A DNA stretch of 64,000 nt, taken from the NCBI RefSeq assembly GCF_001194135.2, contig NC_068982.1, positions 132,277,708 through 132,341,707 on the forward strand, in the 5' to 3' direction. The notes beneath the pieces are model-generated. The model saw only the letters and a list, made by a program, of their open reading frames with translations. It did no database searches and was not told the DNA's origin. The stretch is from Octopus bimaculoides (Eukaryota). The position numbers and the translations under genes are program-made. Positions 14,101 to 23,084 of this stretch are shown here, piece by piece. The number at the start of each line of letters is the position of its first letter. Position 1 is the stretch's first letter.

Positions 14101-17100
14101 TAAAAATTCAATTCATTCCCATAATCTTTATTCAGATGACCATAACATATAACTTTTCATTTCATGGCATTAATCCAGAAACCACCATCAGACATCTCGT
14201 TCGCAAATTATGAAATGATGAAATGAATTCTTATCCACAAGTTTCTGGATATTCTTCATTATCATCATTACCATTAGTTTACATCTGTTTGTCCGTGTCA
14301 GCACGGGTTGTACAAGTTGTCCCTTCTCTTGACACACTATCACTTCTGTGGGTTTTTCAGATGTGGCAATAGGTACAGGTATGGTTATGTGGTTCAGAAG
14401 CTGACTCCCCAACTCCTGAAGTTGTCTCACTAAAAAAAAATAAAAGACACAAACCCAAACTGCAATAACTTTTTAAATGGCACCTGTTCCTGTCCCTCTA
14501 TTATATTTTTGCCAATTATGCCTGACATAAAGCCACCTCCCTCTCTACTACACCCTCCGCTCAGTTGAGGGACTTCTCTTGTGAGTTACCTGGTGACCTC
14601 ACTATTTCCAGTGCCACTAGAAAAAAAGCACCCAGTCTACTCAGTAAAGTGGTTGGTGTTTGGAAGGGTATTTGTCATAGAAATCATGCCAAAGTCGAAA
14701 TTGAAACTTAACATATTCTTATGGCTCATCAGAACCATATAACCTATACCAGTAGGGAAAACAAACATTCAATAATGATGATTTATAAGTGTGTTAAAAA
14801 ATGAATAACTGTAACTGACCTTGGAGTGTCAGAGAGAATCAGATGTCACTCAGCTGAAAGAAACTCTTTACTCTATCACAATCATCATGAGAGAGAACAG
14901 TGCTTTATTGAATTGGCAACTATAAGGTGTGCATAAAACAGTAACATTCTATATAAAATGACACTATGCTAGTTCATTAGAAAAGATATCCAACATCTAC
15001 ATAAAACAGAATGTATACTGAGAAATTATTAAAGTTTATGTTACGGGATGATGATAAAAGGATTTCCAAACTGCATGTATGTGGTTTATAATAGATTAGG
15101 AAAGTGTCTGCGAGTAGTATCAGTGTCTGCTAAATCACATCAGTGTTATTTTATATGAATGGACACAACATAGCCAAATGGTTAAGAAGTTTGCATCACA
15201 ATCATGAGGTCCTGGGTTCAATTTCACTGTGTCTTTTACCATTGCTTCAGGTCACTCCAAATCTTTTGAGTGAAACTGAGTAGATGGAAACAGTGTAGAA
15301 GCAGTCAAATGGACCATACGAGTAATTCAAAAAGGTACAGCCTTGTCACACACTGTGGCAAGCTAATTCTACTTACAGATTATGTTAATGATATATATGC
15401 ATCTATGGAATACTCAGTCACTTGCAGCCTAATTCTATGAGCAAGTTGTTCAGTTGATTGAACCACTGAATCCTCTCATAGCCAAACCAACAGAAGTCTG
15501 TTTCTATTTTAACTGGAATATTTCTGTTTCTTACACCCCTTATAGTTACAAGCTCAGTGAAGTATCTTTTCTAGACACTCATGACAGACTAAAAGGTTTC
15601 CAATAATTGAATAACATCCGATACATATCAATATTTCAAGTAGATAAAAACATCTTTTTTAACACACTTTAAACACCTAAGAACTTACTTGACAATATTT
15701 TTATAGGAACAGGCATGGCTGTGTGGTTAAGAACCTTGCTTTGCAACCACAATATTTTGAGTTCAGTCCCAACATGCAGCACCTTCAACAAGTGTCTTCT
15801 ATCATAACTCTGGGCTGACCAAAATTGTAAGTAATTTGGGAGATGGAAACTGTGTGGAAGCCTGTTGTGTGTGTGTGTGTGTGTGTGTGTGTGCATGTAT
15901 TTTTGTGCCTGTCCCCACACAGCTTAAAAATTGATGTTGGTTTGGTTATGTCCCCACAACTAAGCAGTTCAGCAAGAGATTGATAGAATGTAACAGGCTT
16001 CAAAAATGAAAGAAGTACTGGGGTTGATTTATTCTAAGCGGTGCCCCAGCATGGCCACAGTCCAATGATAGTAATAAGTGAAAGATAAAAGATACATTAA
16101 AATGACTAATATTTTTACAATATTACTTTAAACCATTTTTTATGAAAACATTTTGCTCATCAAATATTCCTTTCTTTCAGTTCATCTTTCATTTTCATAT
16201 CTGACTTAATATTTACCTCATATTGAATGGAGCCATAATACGAATGCTGTATTGCCTATTTCTGGGCAACCGTAACTTGGGGATCTTTGAGGGATCGAAA
16301 TCCGGTGGATAGTATTTCTGAAATATAAATAGAAAATAGCAATTGTTTTAGATATTGTAATTCTGTGGGATATAATTAATTTCAAATAACTATAGATCAC
16401 TCTGTGTGTGTGATAAAAGAAATATAACAGAATACATTCAATCTAGTTTATTACTCAGATTTTGTCTACTGCCATACCTATGGGATATCATCTGCGAAAA
16501 GATTTTTTTCCTTTTTAATCAAAGGAACAGTAACACCCATGACCTCTGCAGGTCATCCCAGACTGGTAAGGTTATTACAGTTGATGTTGAACTTTTGTTG
16601 CTTCAAGTTGAAGTCTATAAGGGTAAGGGAGCAAATACATTGTTGAATAATCCAAAAGAAATAGCAACTAAATCCCCCCTCATATCACGTACTGCTATCT
16701 TGCATATGGTTCTAGGTACACCGCCCAAAATACGATGGAATGTTCGTTTGGAACATCTTGGATCAGAAGTATACTCAGACAGGGATGAAATGGAGTAAAA
16801 AAAAAGGTGGACATTGGAATTAGACACTGAGGGAAAATGGCTGTAACTTTTTTATTTTTTAATTTTGGCGATTTTCGTTTTAGATAATGTGTTCTATATG
16901 TCACGGTCATGCGATTCCCCCTACAAAAAAAAAAAATCCCCCCTTCCCCTGTGTGGGGGGAGGGGAGGTCCAAATTTTTTTAGGGGGAATCGCATGACCG
17001 TGACATATAGAACACATTATCGAAAACGAAAATCGTCAAAATTAAAAAATAAAAAAGTTACAGCCATTTTCCCTCAGTGTCTAATTCCAATGTCCACAAA

Positions 17101-18060
17101 AAAAAGCATGGACAGAGACGTCCCACAACTTAGTAGTTTAAGAATACCCATTTCTAAATTACTCAATTGTTTTGATTACCTCTCATTACTTCTAGATTTT
17201 GAGACAGAATCCAAATGTTACCTAGTACCCCGATAAAATAATTTCAAACTGAAATAAGTACTGTATCAATACGAACAACAGAAGCAGTAAAAGTAGGACC
17301 TTAGCATGGTCGCAGTCCAATGAGTGAAAGCAATAAAAATATAAAAAAATGCAAACGTGTGTTCGACATTCATGGTATCGATGTAAATAAGACAAAGATG
17401 AATGAGAGTTTAGTAACAAGTATTTTATATCTTCATTAACACATAAAGCGCGACAGGCCACGATCGTGGCTGTCAGGAACGGGTCGACAGGCTACGATCG
17501 TGGCCCAAATAGATGCATTTAATTTATGGGTGTTTGTTGGGGTCTAATGTCACTGAAACGCTCCGATACCCCCACGTCCCACCCAGAATACAAGAGGACT
17601 AATAGTTCAGCTAATCACTTTTCAGATGATGTAAAACTTGCCACCACTTTATACTAAGAAATTTTAGCTAGTTTTTATTTTGTGTGCATGGTAGTCTCAT
17701 TTTTATAAAATGTGCTCAGCAGTCCATGCTAAGTGCAAATCCCAGCGCTTTGTGGGTTAATAGATACGAAATATATATATCTTTGGGTTCTTTACTCTCT
17801 AATTTTCTTCTTCAGATTTTTAAAAAAGAAATATAAAAGTGATTCAGGTATATAAAGTAATTTTTTAAGTTTAAAATATTATACAAATGAAGTAGGATGG
17901 GTTTTCTTTACAAATCAAAATAATACAAACACAATTACTAGAAGCAAAAACAAATCAATTCACATATATCAAAACAAAACTTACATTTAAAACACACAGA
18001 TCAATTTACATATATATCTATTAAAATGCAACTTACGTTTAAAACTTTTCTCTCAGACAT
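1614..18060 (-). CDS. YJU2: Splicing factor YJU2 / CCDC94, complete 7-exon CDS, 346 aa
   Basis: Exons 18037-18060 (MSERKVLN), 16217-16317 ([14 protein letters not shown]...MAPFNMR), 13691-13835 (CNTCGEY...YIKCPRC, zinc-binding CxxC pairs), 12172-12306, 9468-9649, 5746-5878, 1614-1934 (ends [11 protein letters not shown]). All introns are GT-AG with consistent phases; total 1041 nt. The motifs match the CWC16/YJU2 family. Confidence 0.96.
2442..2742 (-). mobile_element. RTE 3'-end copy with (GAT)n tail
   Basis: Reverse complement of the 10200-10446 tail consensus. Confidence 0.85.
3618..3829. mobile_element. pogo/Tigger-type MITE (TIR CCRTATTTGATG..., TA TSD)
   Basis: TA-CCATATTTGATGTCATACAAGA...TTTTATACCATCAAATACAG-TA; related copies at ~46291-46481 and 47143-47336. 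Confidence 0.65.
4422..4645 (+). mobile_element. tRNA-derived SINE with a Meta-domain-like core (family B)
   Basis: A/B-box head; core GCCTTTCCTCCTTTCGGGGTCGATAAATTAAGTACCAG; 15-bp TSD AGAAGACTGGGACTA (4407-4421 and 4646-4660). Related copies near 5160, 5340, 29600, 30150, 45270, 47690, 48140 and 63000. The family name is from memory. Confidence 0.8.
6033..6442 (-). mobile_element. tRNA-derived SINE (family A) with central (TA/CA)n and (AAAGAGT)n tail
   Basis: Head TGGCTGTGTGGTAAGTAGCTTGC (A box), GTTCAGTCCC (B box); many copies in the window. Confidence 0.85.
7094..7580 (-). mobile_element. RTE 3'-end copy with several ~60-bp tandem units
   Basis: Tail consensus plus repeated TTTTACGTGCCAC...GCCAGTC units. 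Confidence 0.8.
8416..8745 (+). mobile_element. RTE 3'-end copy with (GAT)n tail
   Basis: Tail consensus AAAGCACCCACTACACTCTCGGAGTGG...TTAAACAATGATGATG. Confidence 0.85.
8803..9203 (-). mobile_element. SINE family A copy
   Basis: Full-length similarity to 6033-6442. Confidence 0.85.
9735..10446 (+). mobile_element. 5'-truncated RTE-clade LINE (ORF C-terminus, 3'UTR with tandem repeats, (GAT)n tail)
   Basis: Translates [44 protein letters not shown], the RTE C-terminal GR.GRPRKTW...DR..W motif, followed by the tail shared by many short copies in the window. Confidence 0.85.
11090..11396 (+). mobile_element. RTE 3'-end copy
   Basis: Same tail consensus. Confidence 0.8.
12660..13001 (-). mobile_element. 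tRNA-derived SINE (family C, CORE/V-like TTCTTGAGCAAGACACT core)
   Basis: tRNA-like head; 11-bp TSD TACTGAGTGGT (12649-12659 and 13002-13012). Confidence 0.8.
15711..16092 (+). mobile_element. SINE family A copy in YJU2 intron 2
   Basis: Head, central (TG)n and tail similarity. Confidence 0.75.
16807..17097. repeat. Near-perfect inverted repeat, 117-bp arms (2 mismatches), in YJU2 intron 1
   Basis: 16807-16923 is the reverse complement of 16981-17097; 57-nt spacer. Confidence 0.95.
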
Positions 18061-18114
18061 TGTTAAATGTTTTTACAAAACCTCCAAAACAATTTGCAGC
18101 AAAAACAAATGTCA

Positions 18115-18135
18115 GAAAGTACTTCCGGCGGTGAT
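18115..18135 (-). promoter_or_regulatory. Probable YJU2 promoter/TSS region with ETS-type motif (ACTTCCGG)
   Basis: ACTTCCGGCGG at 18121-18131, about 60 nt upstream of the YJU2 ATG; typical of housekeeping promoters. Motif match only. Confidence 0.4.
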
Positions 18136-18522
18136 GACATGTAATAGTTCCTTATAAATAAACATATGTTTATCAAATAATTTTAGAGCTTTCGCTTGAA
18201 AGAGATGCAGCAATTATATTCGGAAAGCACACCAATATTTAATAGCTATCAGTTCGTCAGGGTAAGACTGTATCTGCATCATGCTAAATTAAAATGAAGA
18301 AAGTGTGTTAGAATTTCAACGAACTATCGTAAGTTAAGTACTTAAGTTTAGAAGGAAGTTGAAAGTTAAATAAAGGATACAAAGTCTACATAATTTTGCA
18401 ATACTATGACATAAGCAAATTCTAAAAATGATTCTACTATATTTTTTAAAACATTGATTCTTAAATAGCATTGAGAAAATTTAAACAATATATAGTAAAT
18501 TTTAAGACAGCATCAGCGGTTA

Positions 18523-18595
18523 GGGCTCGTGGCGCAATGGATAACGCGTCTGACTACGGATCAGAAGATTCCAGGTTCGAATCCTGGTGAGCTCG
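18523..18595 (+). tRNA. tRNA-Arg(ACG)
   Basis: 73 nt GGGCTCGTGGCGCAATGGATAACGCGTCTGACTACGGATCAGAAGATTCCAGGTTCGAATCCTGGTGAGCTCG; cloverleaf, ACG anticodon, intact A/B boxes, T-run terminator just downstream. Confidence 0.97.
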
Positions 18596-20649
18596 CATAT
18601 ATTTTTACTTCTATGTTCTTTAATTTTCAAAGTTTTAAAATTCCGACATTGAGTGGATTATCGTTTAATTTTTTTTTTCAGTCAGTAAACTATACCCATA
18701 CAAAAGTACATGTTAGATCGTAGTCCAATACTTCAACCACATCATTATATTTTATCAGCCTCAAAAAGGTGACAGCCCTGGCTACTATTATTATTCCATT
18801 CACAACTACGATACATCAGGGGAATACAAATCCTTTCTAATTTTTAACTAGTTAATGGACACCCAGAAATAAAAAAAAAGCAATTTAGAATACGTACAAT
18901 TTTATCTCTGAATACAACGGGCCGCTACTAGATACTGCGTTAGCGAGACTGCCAATTCATTATCGTCAACACAAACGAATAAAGGGAGGTGACCAAATAT
19001 CGGCCGATGCTCCATCGATTCCGCCATTTGACCGATATATTTTAAATAAACACAAAGCCTCATATTAACTGGAATGGTAAAATATAAAATTATTTTAGTT
19101 TGTGCCTATCCTGGAAAGAATAGTAGCATAAACATTTAGAAAGGGTTAACCAGGGAATCGAAACTAGACCGCCGGCGCGTTCCAAGGAGTTTTTACATCC
19201 AGTACTAACCCTTCACTATATTTACGCTTCCTTTGTCCTCACTTATATACACTCATTGTGTTTCTCTTAAACAGGAGAAACATACACATGCAGCCATATA
19301 GATCCATCACCGACTGTCGGTCGTATTTACGAGCTAGCATTTGATTTTGTTCAGTCACAATTATCACGACTTGAATTTTAGCGCCGATTGGAATGTTCTT
19401 GGAGTCACATGACCCGGTTACACGAACGGAACAGAAAACGGCTAAATCACTCGACCGTGTTTTAATTGGTTATTTTCGGCCATGGAATCATTTCCTTCTT
19501 GAAGTGTTCGTTTTCCTAGTTTCAACTTCTAGAGCTTCATTTTCCAAACACAAAGTATCTATTTAATAAAGTTTAAGAAATGCAACTTTGACTCCCTATC
19601 TTGGCATTTGGAGCTCTCAACAGAAGCGTATATACATTAACGTCTGTTGCATATTAAATCACAGAAACATTTGTCCTTACGCGCGAGCGAGCGAGGACTC
19701 GTATACAAAACATAACTTTTATTTTGCAACCTACAAATTTTTTTTATGGGTAATAAATATTTGTGATCTCTTCTGTTAATATATTGAGCTATTATACTGG
19801 AAGTGTTCTGTGCATTTTCAGACAATTTATATTCTGCAAACTTTCTGTGTATTACAACACTTGATGCGGTAAATTATCATACGCTTCTCCATTTAATGTA
19901 CGTTTATAAATACAGTGAGTACTGGTCCTGCGTATGCTCTTCGTTGGCATTCTTGCATTCTAATTCAACGTATTACGAGTCCATATGTGCGTACGGAAGA
20001 ACAAATTCATCAGTGAAAAGGTCTCAGCTTATAGTGTGTCTGACAGACATTAATGAATGTTTGTGTTCAATATTGCTTGATACGCGAGATCAGGTAGCAT
20101 TTTTTCAGAACTTTTGAATTAACCCTCACTGTTAGGAAAATGAGTACCGAAAAACGAACACTCCAAAAACGAAATGATTTGATTGGTTGAAAATAACCAA
20201 CAGAAACGGTAATTTAGCCAGTTTTCGATTCTGTTCTTGTAAACGGGTCATGTGGGATTTAGAACATTCCAATCAGCGCTAAAATCAAAAGTGATAATTC
20301 TGATTGAACAAAAGCAAAATGATAGCTTGTATGTGTGAGCGACAGTTGATGATGTATCTGTATATCTGTATGTTTATGTAAGAGAGATATAGTAAGCATA
20401 AGTGGAAAAGACAGAAGGGGAAGATGTGCTCCAATGTGTATTGCACCTAATTGACACAAACCGACATTAATTATAAGTGAAGTGCAAGCACTGGGAAGGA
20501 AGATATCAAATCTCGATGAGAGGGACGAGCGTCAGTTTTGCATTCCGAGGCTAAAGTTTTCCATATGCTATGCTACAAATCCTTTCGAGACATGCATAAA
20601 CTAAAACAACTTTCTATTTCACCATTCTACCTGGAACCAATGACAAAAA

Positions 20650-21178
20650 AAATCCTGAAATACCGCGATCTGTCGGCCAACTACATTTTCCAGCTTGTGG
20701 CGCCTTCTCACATCCTGGATGCTGCAGTCAGGACGCGATCCACAGATTCTGCGGCTGAGCGGGACAAAATCCTGAAATATCGCGATCTGTCGGCCAACTA
20801 CATTTTCCTTCCTGTGAGGTTCGAGACGTTTGGTGGGGTCGGACCACTAACTGCGAGATTCCTGTCTTCACTGGCAACTCGCCTTGCAGAGGTAATTGGT
20901 GAGGCTCGTGAGGGTGCTTGGCTGTTCCAGCGCATCAGCCTCGCCATCACCCGCGGAAACGCTGCAAGCGTGCCTCAACAGTCATTAGAGAGATTTTCCA
21001 GCGCCCCCCAAGTTTGTTGTGAATGATTTGGGGGAGGGGGGATCTCTTATTTTCTTTCTCTCTTTTATTTTTATTTTTCAATTTTTCAATTGTGTTCTCT
21101 GTTTTGTCTAATTTTCTAATTTAATTTTGCAAAACAACAAATTAATTGATAATTAAATTTAACTGCACTCGGAAAAAA
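20650..21178 (+). mobile_element. 5'-truncated CRE-like non-LTR retrotransposon (restriction-like endonuclease C-terminus)
   Basis: Translates LVAPSHI...AAERDKILKYRDL...FLPVRFETFGGVG...WLFQRISLAITRGNAASV, typical of CRE-clade RLE ends. Short A tail; 11-bp TSD AATGACAAAAA at 20639-20649 and 21179-21189. Confidence 0.75.
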
Positions 21179-21586
21179 AATGACAAAAATTTAATGGCGG
21201 AATCAATGGAGCATCGCAAGCCATCTTGACAATAGGTTGATTGCATCGTTAATGCATCAAAGTACATGCGTTATCTGATAGCCCATTGCATACTGTGATC
21301 AAATTGTTCTAATTCTATTTTGCTTTTTATTGTTTTGGCGTTCATTAATTTAAGAAGTAGTTAAAAACTGATATCGATTTGTACTCTCACAGTGTATCCT
21401 ATACGCAAATAAAATTCTAATAGAATAAAAATTTCCGTTCTTTAGAAGCCAATATGATAGAGATTGATATACTTGAATGTATTTGTATAAGAATAGTTCA
21501 CTAACTGAAAAGAGTGAAATCAAATCACCCAATTGGGAGTGTTTAAAAATTTTTAAATGATTGAACGTAAATGCAAAAGTAAGTTG

Positions 21587-21659
21587 CGAGCTCACCAGGA
21601 TTCGAACCTGGAATCTTCTGATCCGTAGTCAGACGCGTTATCCATTGCGCCACGAGCCC
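21587..21659 (-). tRNA. tRNA-Arg(ACG), identical second copy in inverted orientation
   Basis: Exact reverse complement of 18523-18595, with a TTTT terminator downstream on the minus strand. Confidence 0.97.
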
Positions 21660-22060
21660 TAGCTGGAAATTTCAGCCTATATTATGTAGTATATTGTTTA
21701 TGAATTTCTCAATATTATCAAAGGTTATATTTTTTTAACTACATTTAAAATTTGTTATAGAATTGTCAAATTATGTAGAATATTGTCTTTCGTTTTTATT
21801 AACGTGATTAAATAATTATGATACTGGAAATTACTCATCTTCTTTGCTACCCATGTCATTTTTATTCATTCTCATTTTCATGCTTCTAAATTTGCCAAAG
21901 AACGCACAGTGGCTTCCAATAGCAATCTGCAAGCAATTGGCTATGTATAAAGTTGATACGTTGTGAATACGGAGGAAATAGTGAGTTGTCTTTTTTTTTT
22001 TTTTAGATATAACTATATATATTCATTATACTTACAAGAATTATACTGCATCACTGAAAG

Positions 22061-23084
22061 GGGATCTATTTTAAAACGGGGGCCACATTTTTCATTAATG
22101 TTTTACGTAGTGTTTTTGGTGCGGAAAAACTTTCAAACTTCGTATACTTATCTATTTTGTGTTATAGAACAGAAAAATATTGGATCTTTTTTAAAACGGG
22201 GGCCACATTTTTCATTAATGTTTTACGTAGTGTTTTTGGTACCGAAAGACTTTCAAACTTCGTATACTTATCTATTTTGTGTTATAGAACAGAAAAATAT
22301 TTAACATGGAATAATTTATGGATTTCTTTTTTTTTAAAGAAGACTAAGAGAAAAAGATGTTTTATATAACNNNNNNNNNNNNNNNNNNNNNNNNNNNNNN
22401 NNNNNNNNNNNNNNNNNNNNNNNNNNNNNNNNNNNNNNNNNNNNNNNNNNNNNNNNNNNNNNNNNNNNNNNNNNNNNNNNNNNNNNNNNNNNNNNNNNNN
22501 NNNNNNNNNNNNNNNNNNNNNNNNNNNNNNNNNNNNNNNNNNNNNNNNNNNNNNNNNNNNNNNNNNNNNNNNNNNNNNNNNNNNNNNNNNNNNNNNNNNN
22601 NNNNNNNNNNNNNNNNNNNNNNNNNNNNNNNNNNNNNNNNNNNNNNNNNNNNNNNNNNNNNNNNNNNNNNNNNNNNNNNNNNNNNNNNNNNNNNNNNNNN
22701 NNNNNNNNNNNNNNNNNNNNNNNNNNNNNNNNNNNNNNNNNNNNNTCCTTTGGCTGATTAAGCGGTGTAAAGCGTATTTAATCTCCATACCTTCGTTTTA
22801 TTTGCTTTTTTCATTTTAAATTTGCTTTAACCCTAACCCTAGGGTTAGGGTTAGGGTTAATTGTTTCAGAATCGTTTGTTTATGTAGTCGGCACTTAATG
22901 TATATCGTCAGTGATTGGTTGAAATTACAGAAATACAACTTTAATATGGAATAACTTATGGATTTCTTTTTTTTTAAAGAAGACTAAGAGAAAAAGATGT
23001 TTTATATGACACATTCTACCAGTGTTCCAAGTTTCAAACTGTTTCGTTAATGAAAAATGTGGCCCCCGTTTTAAAAAAGATCCC
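22061..23084. mobile_element. Non-autonomous DNA transposon (MITE) with ~37-bp TIRs, internal 120-bp tandem duplication and telomeric-repeat palindrome; spans a gap
   Basis: GGGATCTATTTTAAAACGGGGGCCACATTTTTCATTA at 22061 and its reverse complement ending at 23084; 120-bp repeat units start at 22062 and 22182. No clean TSD. Confidence 0.7.

Larger units (their letters stand above)
18365..21805. repeat. Decayed large palindrome / inverted duplication (arms ~18365-19710 and ~19970-21805) carrying both tRNAs
   Basis: Collinear alignable blocks seen by eye along both arms, e.g. 19005-19028/21193-21216 (23 of 24), 19376-19399/20261-20284 (23 of 24), ~19330-19520/20150-20330, the tRNA flanks and the TCTACATAATTT block. 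Confidence 0.85.

Noticed and set aside
22827-22860. Relic telomere-telomere fusion site
   Set aside because: The repeat polarity is opposite to a fusion, and the motif lies inside a TIR element.
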